Positions 19,469 to 29,066 of a DNA stretch of 64,000 bases are shown one piece after another (positions within the stretch are counted from its first letter, which is position 1; each line of letters begins with the position of its first letter). The stretch spans positions 131,533 through 195,532 of the forward strand of contig CAYWRZ010000001.1 of NCBI GenBank assembly GCA_964460845.1, read 5' to 3'. Below the pieces are notes generated by a model that made no database searches, was not told the DNA's origin, and was given only the letters and a program-made list of their open reading frames with translations. This DNA is from an uncultured Weeksellaceae bacterium (GTDB lineage Bacteria; Bacteroidota; Bacteroidia; Flavobacteriales_D; UBA2798). A program made the position numbers and the translations under genes.

Positions 19469-19819
19469 ATGACTTCTCTACCCGATCCTGAAACCTTAGC
19501 TGCATACAATGCAGTTATTTCCAACGGAGCGGAAAGAATTATGCAGATGGCTGAAAAGCAACAGCTCCACCGAATACAAACCGAATGGAAAATCGTAGCC
19601 GGACAAATGCGCCAAAGCGCCATCGGTCAACTGTTGGCTTTTCTTATCGGCCTTGCCGCTTTACTCGCTTCTACCTACTGCATAATCAGTGGCTATGAAT
19701 GGGCAGGCAGTCTTCTCGGTTTAGGAGGCTTAACAGGACTCGTCACCGCTTTCCTCAAAGGCAAAGAACAGGAACAACAAACAGGAAAAAAGTGGCCACA
19801 ACAAGAAAAGGAAAAATAA
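19469..19819 (+). CDS. DUF2335-type membrane protein
   Basis: ORF 19364-19819; ATG at 19469 preferred. LPDPETLAAYNAVISNGAERIMQMAEKQQLHR followed by two TM helices matches the DUF2335 pattern recalled from memory. Confidence 0.75.
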   Translation: MTSLPDPETLAAYNAVISNGAERIMQMAEKQQLHRIQTEWKIVAGQMRQSAIGQLLAFLIGLAALLASTYCIISGYEWAGSLLGLGGLTGLVTAFLKGKEQEQQTGKKWPQQEKEK

Positions 19820-19885
19820 AAACTACCTCCTACTGCCATCTTCATAACCTAAAAAGAGAAGGAGAAAGCCGTAAAGCACTCTCTG

Positions 19886-19912
19886 CAAAAAGCCGGAGTG
19901 CCTGTCTCCCGG
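19886..19912 (-). terminator. Candidate rho-independent terminator (minus-strand orientation)
   Basis: Minus strand reads CCGGGAG-acaggca-CTCCGG-CTTTTTG. It could end a long lysS 3' UTR, or act as a hairpin after the DUF2335 gene. Confidence 0.35.
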
Positions 19913-20136
19913 ATAATACCTGATAATACACGCTATAGGCCCATTTTGATATTGCGCCATAGCTCACTTCTACATTACCTTCTGCTAAAAAACAGTATCC
20001 AACAACACAGGGTAGGCGTTCCTGTCAGGGGGGGTACATTATTTTCGCCTGAATATATTCGAGGAAGGGTAATCCGGGCGCAGTTACCCCCACTCAGATC
20101 ACGTTTACCTATGCATCCGTAAATGCACCTGGACAA

Positions 20137-21651
20137 TTACCGCTGCTCCGGCCGCATTTGCGGGAAGAACAGCACTTCCTGAATAGAAGGCTGGTTGGTC
20201 ATCAGCATGGCCAGCCGATCGATACCGATACCGATACCGGCAGTAGGAGGCATTCCATACTCCAGCGCGCGGATAAAATCATGATCAATCTGCATAGCTT
20301 CGTCGTCGCCTCTTTCCGAAAGTTTCGACTGCTCTAAAAAACGCTCGTACTGATCGATCGGGTCGTTGAGCTCCGAATAGGCATTGGCTATTTCCTTTCC
20401 GTTTATCATCAGCTCAAAACGCTCTACCAGCCCCTCTTTTTCGCGGTGCTTTTTGGTAAGGGGGCTCATCTCTACCGGATAATCGGTAATAAACGTAGGC
20501 TGGATGTAATGCGCTTCGCATTTCTCCGAAAAAATTTCGTCTATCAGCTTTCCTTTGCCCATAGAACCGTCCACTTCGATATGCAGTTTTTTACACACTT
20601 CGCGCAGGGCTTCTTCATCCATCTCCGACACATCGATACCGGTATGTTCCCGTATGGCTTCGAAAATACTGATGCGGCGGAAAGGCGCTTTGAACGAAAT
20701 CACATTCTCGCCCACCTGCAATTCGGTGGTAGCGTTGGTCGCCAGAGCCACCTTTTCGAGCAGTTGCTCGGTGGTCTGCATCATCCAAAAATAATCGCGG
20801 TAAGCCACGTAAAATTCAAGTATGGTAAATTCGGGGTTATGCGTGCGGTCCATGCCTTCGTTGCGGAAGTTTCTCGAAAACTCATACACCCAATCGAAGC
20901 CACCTACAATAAGGCGTTTGAGGTAAAGTTCGTTGGCAATACGCAGGTAAAAAGGCACATCGAGCGCATTATGATGCGTCACAAAAGGACGAGCTGCCGC
21001 GCCGCCGGGAATATTTTGCAATACGGGCGTATCCACTTCGAGCGCACCTTCGGCATTGAGGTATTCGCGAATGGCGTTGATCATTTTGGTGCGCTTCAGA
21101 AAAACTTCTTTCACCTCCTCATTCACCACCAAATCCACATAGCGCATACGATAACGTTTTTCCGGATCGGTAAACGCATCGTGTATATTGCCTTCTTCGT
21201 CTTTTTTGACCACGGGCAATGGGCGCAGCGATTTGGCCAACAGCACAAACTCCTGCACGTGGATCGAAGTTTCACCTACACGGGTTTTAAACACAAAACC
21301 TTTGATCCCGATATAGTCTCCGATATCTACCAGTTTTTTAAAAAGCTGATCGTAAAGCGATTTGTCTTCGCCCGGACAAATATCATCGCGGCGTACGTAA
21401 ATCTGAATACGACCGCTGCTGTCCATCAGCTCGGCAAAACAGGCCTTCCCCATGTCGCGCACACTCATCAATCGACCGGCAAGCTGCACGTTTTCGAAGC
21501 CGGGTTTTTCGGCCTCGTACGTAGCATGAATTTCGCGCGCAAAGGCATTCACCGGAAAAGACGGCGCCGGATAAGGGTCAATGCCCAGCTTACGGATTTC
21601 GTCTAATTTCTGGCGGCGGATAAGTTCCTGTTCGGTCAGCTCCTGAATCAT
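20137..21651 (-). CDS. lysS: Lysine--tRNA ligase (class II)
   Basis: 504 aa. Has an N-terminal OB fold and class II motifs (FRNEGMDRTHNPEFT, GIGIGIDRLAMLMT). Confidence 0.95.
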   Translation of the reverse strand: MIQELTEQELIRRQKLDEIRKLGIDPYPAPSFPVNAFAREIHATYEAEKPGFENVQLAGRLMSVRDMGKACFAELMDSSGRIQIYVRRDDICPGEDKSLYDQLFKKLVDIGDYIGIKGFVFKTRVGETSIHVQEFVLLAKSLRPLPVVKKDEEGNIHDAFTDPEKRYRMRYVDLVVNEEVKEVFLKRTKMINAIREYLNAEGALEVDTPVLQNIPGGAAARPFVTHHNALDVPFYLRIANELYLKRLIVGGFDWVYEFSRNFRNEGMDRTHNPEFTILEFYVAYRDYFWMMQTTEQLLEKVALATNATTELQVGENVISFKAPFRRISIFEAIREHTGIDVSEMDEEALREVCKKLHIEVDGSMGKGKLIDEIFSEKCEAHYIQPTFITDYPVEMSPLTKKHREKEGLVERFELMINGKEIANAYSELNDPIDQYERFLEQSKLSERGDDEAMQIDHDFIRALEYGMPPTAGIGIGIDRLAMLMTNQPSIQEVLFFPQMRPEQR

Positions 21652-21672
21652 GGAAAGAGATTAATTTTCCGA

Positions 21673-21680
21673 CAAAGATA
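21673..21680 (-). promoter_or_regulatory. -7 box TATCTTTG upstream of lysS
   Basis: Plus strand reads caaagata. The motif ends 21 nt before the ATG at 21651. Confidence 0.5.
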
Positions 21681-22044
21681 ACAGTTGATAAAAAACGGGC
21701 GGCTTTTCGCCTTATCAATCTGCGACATTTATTTGTCCGGTTTGTCAGCGCTTTTATCCTTTTACGCCTTTAAACCGGGCACTAAGTCTCTTTTCAGCGT
21801 AAATAAAATGCACGAAAACACCCTTATTTCGTTCGACTTTTCACAGTTTAGGCAAGAAAAAACAGGCTTCTTTTTTCAGAAACAACACATACACCACTGA
21901 CAATCAATACAAAAACAAACCTTCATTCTTCCTTTATCGCCTTTCTGTCGCCGTAAGCCAAAAGCCTGAATACCGGGACTGCTTTCGTGAACAATAGAAG
22001 AAAACCGGGGCTTTTTGCTATTTTTACGCCCTTATTTACGAGGA

Positions 22045-23028
22045 ATGAAACTCCTTATCGAACAATTTCCCGACCAGATACGGGATGCGATTGAAATTGC
22101 GGAACAAACCCGGCTTCGTGCACACGATCAGCCTATTCGCAATGTGGTGATTACCGGGCTGGGCGGATCGGGTATCGGTGGTACCATCAGTTCGGAACTG
22201 GCTATCAAAGAATCTCCGCTGCCTATACAGGTAAGCAAAGGCTATTTTATTCCCGGCTGGGTCGATGCCCATACCCTGGTTATCGTGTCTTCCTATTCCG
22301 GAAATACCGAAGAGACCATTCATGCGATGGAGCTGGCACAAGCCCGCAAAGCCAAGCTGGTATGTATTACTTCGGGTGGAAAAATTGCGGAAAAAGCACG
22401 TGCCGAAAACCTCGATCTGGTATTGCTTCCGGGCGGCAATCCGCCGCGTGCCTGCCTCGGCTACTCGCTTATACAGCAGCTCTATACCTTACATCATTTC
22501 GGTGCCTTGCCCCGTTCCCCGCGTGAAGCGCTCGTCGAAGCCGCCGCGTTGATCGAAGCCGAACAGGCGGCCATCGTTGCCGAAGCCCAACGCCTTAGCG
22601 CATTTCTCGCAGGAAAAATACCGGTGATCTACGCTACGACCTATCTCGAAGGATTGGCCATACGCCTGCGTCAGCAAATCAACGAAAACGCGAAAATGCT
22701 CTGCTGGCACCACGTCATTCCCGAAATGAACCACAACGAGCTGGTAGGCTGGCGTATCCCCAACGATAACCTTGCCGTGCTTTTCCTCCGCGATCCGGAC
22801 GATTACCCGCGCAATGCGAAACGCATCGAAATCAACAGCCACATCATTTCCAACTATACCCCTCACCTCAGCGAAACCTTTGCCAAAGGCCAAAGCGCCA
22901 TTGCCAAAGCCATGTACCTCATTCACCTGGGCGATTGGATCTCCTGGTTTCTTGCCGAAAAACGCGCCGTAGATGCCACCGAGGTAAATGTGATCGACTA
23001 CCTGAAAGGGGAACTGAGTAAACTCTGA
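22045..23028 (+). CDS. Bifunctional phosphoglucose/phosphomannose isomerase (SIS domain)
   Basis: ORF 22015-23028; ATG at 22045 preferred. Contains ITGLGGSGIGG and VSSYSGNTEET, which are SIS motifs. Size and C-terminal domain fit the PGI/PMI family. Confidence 0.75.
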   Translation: MKLLIEQFPDQIRDAIEIAEQTRLRAHDQPIRNVVITGLGGSGIGGTISSELAIKESPLPIQVSKGYFIPGWVDAHTLVIVSSYSGNTEETIHAMELAQARKAKLVCITSGGKIAEKARAENLDLVLLPGGNPPRACLGYSLIQQLYTLHHFGALPRSPREALVEAAALIEAEQAAIVAEAQRLSAFLAGKIPVIYATTYLEGLAIRLRQQINENAKMLCWHHVIPEMNHNELVGWRIPNDNLAVLFLRDPDDYPRNAKRIEINSHIISNYTPHLSETFAKGQSAIAKAMYLIHLGDWISWFLAEKRAVDATEVNVIDYLKGELSKL

Positions 23029-23030
23029 TC

Positions 23031-23738
23031 ATGCGACGTGTCGTTACTGAAGATTTGGGTCTGATAGATTACAAGCAAGCTTGGGACTATCAGGAACAAC
23101 GTTTTAACGAGCTTATTGAACGCAAGCTTGCTAACCGCGAGAAGCCCGAAGCTGAAAAAGAAACGGTACGGCATTACCTGCTTTGCTGCGAACACCCGCA
23201 CGTCTATACACTGGGAAAAAGCGGTTCGGAAGCGAACCTGCTCATTAACGAAACCGGCCTGGAAGAGGCATCGGCCTCTTTTTACCGTATCAATCGGGGA
23301 GGCGATATTACCTATCACGGCCCCGGGCAACTGGTGGTGTACCCGATTTTTGATCTCGATGATTTTTTTACCGATATCCACCGTTACCTGCGTTGTCTCG
23401 AAGAGGCGGTTATCCTGACGCTGCGCGAATACGGCGTGGAAGCGGGGCGCTACGAAGGCTATACGGGTGTGTGGCTGGAGGCCGACAATCCGCTGAAAGC
23501 ACGTAAAATCTGCGCGATGGGTGTCAAATGCAGCCGCTGGGTCACCATGCACGGCATCGGGTTTAACATCAATACTAATCTCGATTATTTTTCGCACATC
23601 GTGCCTTGCGGGATCGACGACAAACAGGTTACTTCCCTGGCTCGTGAGCTCGGTCGCGAAGTGGATATCGAAGAAGTGAAAGAAAAATTAAAGACCAACC
23701 TGGCGAACATTTTCGACTACGATTACGTTGTAGTATAA
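23031..23738 (+). CDS. lipB: Lipoyl(octanoyl) transferase
   Basis: Contains RGGDITYHGPGQLVVYPI and KICAMGVKCSRWVTMHG, the LipB catalytic Cys/Lys blocks. Confidence 0.9.
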   Translation: MRRVVTEDLGLIDYKQAWDYQEQRFNELIERKLANREKPEAEKETVRHYLLCCEHPHVYTLGKSGSEANLLINETGLEEASASFYRINRGGDITYHGPGQLVVYPIFDLDDFFTDIHRYLRCLEEAVILTLREYGVEAGRYEGYTGVWLEADNPLKARKICAMGVKCSRWVTMHGIGFNINTNLDYFSHIVPCGIDDKQVTSLARELGREVDIEEVKEKLKTNLANIFDYDYVVV

Positions 23739-23762
23739 GTTATTCCTACCTCTGCCCGGTAT

Positions 23763-24953
23763 ATGAAAGTTTTTTTCCGTGTGCTCCGCAAATTTATCAA
23801 ATGGACGCTGATCAGCGTATTGCTCTTGCTGGTGCTGGTCAATGCGTATATTTTGCTCAGCGGACGTACTTACCTCTACAAAGGCATTGCCTGTACGTAC
23901 CTGGCCGGACAAAGCGGCCCCGGAATTCTCGATCGCGATTATTTTGAAAGTCGCGATATCCGCAACGGCGAACCCCAACCCTGGCCTTTATCTTCGCAAT
24001 ACGGGAAATTGCAGCTTAGCGCTTCACAGTCGAAAGCACTCGAAACCTACCGCAGCACTTCTTTCCTTGTGTTTCACCGCGACAGTTTGCTCTTTGAAAA
24101 ATACTGGGAAAATTTCGACGAAAGCAGCGTTTCCAATTCTTTTTCGATGGCCAAATCGGTGGTGAGTATCCTTGTGGGCATTGCGCTTGAAGAAGGAAAG
24201 CTGAAAAGTCTGGATCAGCCCGTCAGTGATTTTATTCCTGCTTACCGTCGCGATAATCGCGCCAGACTTACATTTCGCCACCTACTTACCATGAGCGCCG
24301 CCTTGCAGTGGAACGAGAGCGGCAGCAACCCGCTTTCGGAAAATGCCGAAGCCTATTACGGTTCCGATTTGGAGAAAATGGTACTTCGTACGCAACTGGA
24401 TGGCGAACCGGGACGTACATTTTTGTACCAAAGCGGGGCTACGCTCATCGCAGGTTATGCGCTCGAAAAAGCCATCGGCACTACATTGAGTGAATATGCC
24501 TCTGAGAAATTATGGAGCCGTATCGGCGCCGAAAATAAAGCGGAATGGAACTTAGATCGGAAAGACGGACTCGAAAAATCGTACTGCTGCATCTACGCCA
24601 CCTCGCGCGATTTTGCCCGCATTGGGAAACTTTACCTGCATCAGGGACGATGGGACGGAAAACAAATCGTGCCCGAAGCCTACGTAACCGAATCACTGCA
24701 AGCAGCGCCACTTCTTACGCCCTCCGGACAAGCCAATACCGCTTACGGTCTCTCGTGGTGGCTAACCGAAGTACAGGGGCTGTCCTTTTTCTACGCACGC
24801 GGTATCCTCGGACAATATATTTTGGTATGCCCCGAAAAAGAGCTGATCATTGTACGCACCGGTCATAAAAGAGGAGAGAAAATCAACTCGGAACATCCGT
24901 CGGACGTGGATCTATACATTGATATCGCCTTGAATCTACTTTCTCAGCAATGA
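23763..24953 (+). CDS. Serine hydrolase, beta-lactamase/transpeptidase-like
   Basis: N-terminal TM anchor and an S-x-x-K motif (SMAKSV). Confidence 0.7.
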   Translation: MKVFFRVLRKFIKWTLISVLLLLVLVNAYILLSGRTYLYKGIACTYLAGQSGPGILDRDYFESRDIRNGEPQPWPLSSQYGKLQLSASQSKALETYRSTSFLVFHRDSLLFEKYWENFDESSVSNSFSMAKSVVSILVGIALEEGKLKSLDQPVSDFIPAYRRDNRARLTFRHLLTMSAALQWNESGSNPLSENAEAYYGSDLEKMVLRTQLDGEPGRTFLYQSGATLIAGYALEKAIGTTLSEYASEKLWSRIGAENKAEWNLDRKDGLEKSYCCIYATSRDFARIGKLYLHQGRWDGKQIVPEAYVTESLQAAPLLTPSGQANTAYGLSWWLTEVQGLSFFYARGILGQYILVCPEKELIIVRTGHKRGEKINSEHPSDVDLYIDIALNLLSQQ

Positions 24954-25354
24954 AAAAAGACATCGAAATACCCGTCGTGAAAGACGTAGCAATAGCTGTA
25001 GTGAAAGAGCAAAATGAGCTGATGCAGGACGAATGGAACGTGTACCTCATCAATTTACAGGACAAGCCTTTGCAAAATGTGCTGGTTTCTTCACGCGGCT
25101 ATGGGTCGATAAATAAAGAAGCACGTAAAACTTCCGACCTCCGCCATTTCCTCGAAGAGGTGGAAGCGCGCAGCTATCAAAAAATAGAGCCTATCATAGA
25201 AGAGGTATTCGGGCTGAACAACGAATACTGGGTCAGCTTTTACCAGGACAACCTGATGTACGATAAAAAGTTTATTTTTCTGCCCGAGACCATTTCGGCC
25301 GAAAACTTAGTGAATGTTCCGCTGCTGCATAAAAAAGGCGTAGTGATTGGCTAA
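24950..25354 (+). CDS. Hypothetical protein (134 aa)
   Basis: ATG overlaps the upstream stop (ATGA). No motif recognised. Confidence 0.6.
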   Translation: MKKDIEIPVVKDVAIAVVKEQNELMQDEWNVYLINLQDKPLQNVLVSSRGYGSINKEARKTSDLRHFLEEVEARSYQKIEPIIEEVFGLNNEYWVSFYQDNLMYDKKFIFLPETISAENLVNVPLLHKKGVVIG

Positions 25355-25487
25355 AATCTCTTTCTTTTTAGCGGTATTTCGTGGCCCGCAGAAGGGCCTT
25401 CTTTTCAGGAGTCCAACTCTTGTACACCTTCTTTAGCCCAAAAGAACAGCCTTATTTCACGCTGCATTTCTGTTTTTTTCGACAGGT

Positions 25488-25519
25488 GCTGTAACATTCA
25501 GTGTACCCCGGCGTCACAC
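25488..25519 (+). promoter_or_regulatory. ECF-type promoter GCTGTAAC-N16-CGTCACAC
   Basis: Both 8-mers and the 16-nt spacing are identical to the site at 57293-57324 in front of the ECF sigma gene. It ends 20 nt before the ATG at 25540. Confidence 0.7.
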
Positions 25520-25539
25520 TATCAAAACAACACGACGCC

Positions 25540-25869
25540 ATGAAAAAATTACTTATAATCTGTGCCGGCCTGCTACTCTCACTGAGTGTTTCGGCACATA
25601 CTTCCGATGTGCTTAAAAGAAAAATAAGCCGGAAATTTTCTGACATTTCCAATGTACTTCGTCCCCACGAACAATTAGAAGTTACGGTTGTATTTGCCGT
25701 AAATCAATCGGGTAAGCTGGAAGTACTGGAAAGCAGCAGTCCCGACGAACAGGTAAACCAGTATCTGCGCCAGAAGCTGGAAAGCATTTCGCTTAGTCCG
25801 ACAGCCGCAGGAGAGGTGTTCCAGTATCATTTTGTCTTCAAAAAAGAAAAAAATAACGCTCGCCTGTAA
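25540..25869 (+). CDS. Small secreted protein (109 aa), beta-alpha-beta rich
   Basis: ORF 25501-25869. ATG at 25540 gives MKKLLIICAGLLLSLSVSAHT, a signal peptide. EVTVVFAVNQSGKLEVLE ... VFQYHFVF loosely resembles a TonB-C-like fold (weak inference). Confidence 0.65.
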   Translation: MKKLLIICAGLLLSLSVSAHTSDVLKRKISRKFSDISNVLRPHEQLEVTVVFAVNQSGKLEVLESSSPDEQVNQYLRQKLESISLSPTAAGEVFQYHFVFKKEKNNARL

Positions 25870-25895
25870 CAAACCCGAATAAGAGTGCGTCACAC
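25863..25895 (+). promoter_or_regulatory. ECF-type promoter CCTGTAAC-N17-CGTCACAC
   Basis: Third copy of the motif. The -35 element overlaps the stop codon of the upstream gene. It ends 19 nt before the ATG at 25915. Confidence 0.65.
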
Positions 25896-25914
25896 GTTCA
25901 AGATACCGCAAGCT

Positions 25915-26850
25915 ATGAAAACAATTACCTCGTTTATTCTTTTTGCCGGGCTACTGATGGCTCTACCTAAAGCGCAGGCCCAGGTCACTCCCGAACCACC
26001 TCAACTGGAAGAATTAGAGCCGCTTCCTCCGCTTCCTACTCCTCCTCCTTCGGCTATAGAAGTACCGATTGCGCCTCCCCCGCCGCCGCCTGTTCCTGTA
26101 GCCGATACGACCCGTCTTAAGCTGGGCAGCACACGCGTAATCATTATCGAAGAAAAAAATCGCACTACTATCGTGGAGGGCGACACCATTCAAGCACCGA
26201 AAAAAAAGAAAAAAAACCGGGGTGATTTCGGACACTGGGCCGGTTTCGACATCGGTGTAAACGGTTTCCTTACCTACGACAACCAGCTTGACCTGCCTAC
26301 CGAGGCGCGTTTTTTAGAACTGGATTACTCACGATCCCTGACTTTCAGACTGAATTTTTTGGAAAAACGCATCCGTATCATCGGTGATTTCGTGGCACTG
26401 ACTACCGGTATGGGTGTACAGTGGAACCGCTACGGACTGAAAAACAACTACGATGTTTCTTTCAACAAAGACTCCATTTTCGGGGTCGAAAATACCAGCG
26501 TTAACTACACCAAGAACCTGCTCAAAGCCACATATTTGCAGATCCCGCTGATGCTCGACCTCAATACCTCCCACAATGCGAAACGCTCTTTCCACCTCTC
26601 GGCAGGCGTTATCGGGGGCTATAAAATCACTTCACGCCTGAAAACCCGCTTCGAAGACGAAGGGAGAACCTACAAAAACAAAACCAAAGGCCATTACCAG
26701 TTTAACCCCTTTCAGGCTTATGCCACAGTGCAGGTTGGTTACGGAAAATTCACGCTTTTTGCTAACTACGGACTCACCCGGATATTTGAAAAAAACAAAG
26801 GTCCTCAGCTCTACCCTTTCACTATCGGGGTAAAAGTGATCGACTTTTAA
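25915..26850 (+). CDS. Outer-membrane beta-barrel protein with proline-rich N-terminal region
   Basis: ORF 25885-26850. ATG at 25915 gives MKTITSFILFAGLLMALPKAQAQ. It is followed by a PEPPQLEELEPLPPLPTPPPS..APPPPPPVP tract, then alternating beta-strand-like sequence ending in a C-terminal F. Confidence 0.7.
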   Translation: MKTITSFILFAGLLMALPKAQAQVTPEPPQLEELEPLPPLPTPPPSAIEVPIAPPPPPPVPVADTTRLKLGSTRVIIIEEKNRTTIVEGDTIQAPKKKKKNRGDFGHWAGFDIGVNGFLTYDNQLDLPTEARFLELDYSRSLTFRLNFLEKRIRIIGDFVALTTGMGVQWNRYGLKNNYDVSFNKDSIFGVENTSVNYTKNLLKATYLQIPLMLDLNTSHNAKRSFHLSAGVIGGYKITSRLKTRFEDEGRTYKNKTKGHYQFNPFQAYATVQVGYGKFTLFANYGLTRIFEKNKGPQLYPFTIGVKVIDF

Positions 26851-26893
26851 ACGCGCAAGTTCAGTTCTTTTCATTTGCAACAAAGTAGAGAGC

Positions 26894-26934
26894 GGGAGCC
26901 TCCGGCCGAAAGGCCGGGGGCTCCTGTATTTTAC
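26894..26934 (+). terminator. Rho-independent terminator after the outer-membrane gene
   Basis: GGGAGCCTCCGGCC-gaaa-GGCCGGGGGCTCC followed by tgtatttt. The stem is 13 bp with one G-U pair and a GNRA loop. Confidence 0.7.
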
Positions 26935-27007
26935 AGCTACCAGACATTCTTCCGCAAATAATAAAGTTAGGCCATGCGCAAAGAAAAATATAGCGAACTT
27001 TCAGCGT

Positions 27008-27625
27008 ATGAAAATTTTGGTTCTCTTTTCTTTACTGCTCTTTCCGGGGCTGCTATTGCAAAGTGCCTGTACCGAAGAAGCAGCCTCTGCACCTTCACTT
27101 ACCCTTGCCCCCGATACTACCGTCGTTACGGCTATTCCCTTTTCTTCCGGTTTCGACTATCCTGTAGGCGCACAAACCGAACCGAAGGGGTATTACCTGG
27201 CACAGCAGTTCGGAGATAATTTTCACCTGGGCGAAGACTGGAACGGCACCGGCGGGGGCAATACCGATTTAGGTGATCCGGTGTATGCCGTGTCGGAAGG
27301 GCAAGTCAGCTTTGCCGCTGATCTGCGGGGTGGATGGGGCAAAGTAGTACGTATTGTACACCTTACGGGAAGCGCTTCCGCCCCTGTATGGGTCGAATCG
27401 GTGTATGCGCACCTCGATACGATGTATGTAAAAGAAGGAGATATCGTACAACGCCGCCAGGAAGTAGGTACCATCGGTACGGCACACGGACAATACCTTG
27501 CACACCTGCATTTCGAATTACGCACCGTAAGCGGTATGCCCATAGGACCGGGATACGCAAAAGACACTACCGGCTATACCGATCCTTCGGCGTTTATACG
27601 CCGCAACCGCAAGCTTTCTCCCTGA
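27008..27625 (+). CDS. M23 family metallopeptidase lipoprotein
   Basis: MKILVLFSLLLFPGLLLQSAC lipobox. Contains HLGEDW, VYAVSEG and AHLHFE, the M23 zinc-site motifs. Confidence 0.85.
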   Translation: MKILVLFSLLLFPGLLLQSACTEEAASAPSLTLAPDTTVVTAIPFSSGFDYPVGAQTEPKGYYLAQQFGDNFHLGEDWNGTGGGNTDLGDPVYAVSEGQVSFAADLRGGWGKVVRIVHLTGSASAPVWVESVYAHLDTMYVKEGDIVQRRQEVGTIGTAHGQYLAHLHFELRTVSGMPIGPGYAKDTTGYTDPSAFIRRNRKLSP

Positions 27626-27683
27626 AAAAGAAAAAGCCCATGCTTCGTAAAGAGCACAGGCTTTTCACTAAAAAAGAATTTTT

Positions 27684-28247
27684 TTATACCGTGAGAATAT
27701 CACGCTCTTTGGATTCGATGAGCGTATCCACCTTGGCAATATGCTGATTGGTAATCTCCTGCACCTTGGCTTCGGCATCTTTGGCTGCGTCTTCGGCCAG
27801 CCCGTCTTTCTGTAAAGACTTGATCATTTCATTGGCTTCGCGACGGTGGTTGCGAATGGTCACCTTGGCATTTTCTCCTTCGGTTTTGGCTTTTTTCACC
27901 AGCTCTTTCCGACGTTCTTCGGTAAGAGGCGGCAGGGTAATCAGCAGCACATCTCCGTTATTTTGCGGGTTAAGGCTCAAATTGGAATTGAGAATCGCCT
28001 CGGCTATACCTTGTATAATATTTTTTTCCCAGGGTTGAATCTTAATGGTACGGGCATCGGTGGTAGTGATGTTACTCACCTGACCGATCGGTGTAAGCGA
28101 ACCGTAATAATCGACCATTATACCCTCAAACATAGAAGGAGAGGCTTTACCTGCGCGTATTCTCGCCAGTTCGGTTTCGAGGTGTGTCAACGACACGCCC
28201 ATAGCGGATTTGGCCTCGTCGAGTATCATTTTAACTTCTTCGCTCAT
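27684..28247 (-). CDS. frr: Ribosome recycling factor
   Basis: 187 aa. Contains LTHLETELARIRAGKASPSMFEGIMVDYYG and LPPLTEERRKELVK. Confidence 0.95.
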   Translation of the reverse strand: MSEEVKMILDEAKSAMGVSLTHLETELARIRAGKASPSMFEGIMVDYYGSLTPIGQVSNITTTDARTIKIQPWEKNIIQGIAEAILNSNLSLNPQNNGDVLLITLPPLTEERRKELVKKAKTEGENAKVTIRNHRREANEMIKSLQKDGLAEDAAKDAEAKVQEITNQHIAKVDTLIESKERDILTV

Positions 28248-28294
28248 AAAAGTGGAGGGCTTTTGATAAATGCAGGCTAAAAGTAAAAAATAAA

Positions 28295-29059
<765 letters not shown>

Positions 29060-29066
29060 TCGGATA

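Noticed and set aside
20038-20045. ATTATTTT near the lysS end, matching 8 nt of the 41-nt tyrS-end core. It could be a third att-like site closing the islet.
   Set aside because: Only 8-9 nt match and the sequence is AT-rich, which is within chance expectation. There is no flanking similarity.
20446-21606. A 386-aa ORF runs antisense to almost the whole class II lysS gene. It is tempting in light of the Rodin-Ohno sense/antisense aaRS idea.
   Set aside because: The same phenomenon occurs opposite at least eight unrelated genes here: rseP (55895-57088), ALDH (53782-54738), S8 (45310-46245), rpsB, tsf, ald, aroB and hemH. The products are R/H/F-rich and lack motifs. Sense-strand codon usage that avoids TTA, CTA and TCA keeps the antisense frame open, which explains the pattern.
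21681-22044. A long (~390 nt) divergent spacer between lysS and the isomerase gene, including the 71-aa track ORF at 21685-21900. It could host an sRNA or a riboswitch.
   Set aside because: I saw no convincing conserved-looking helices, no terminator and no promoter box other than the lysS one. The 71-aa ORF is low-complexity (F/L/S-rich). It cannot be resolved without covariance-model searches, so nothing is claimed.
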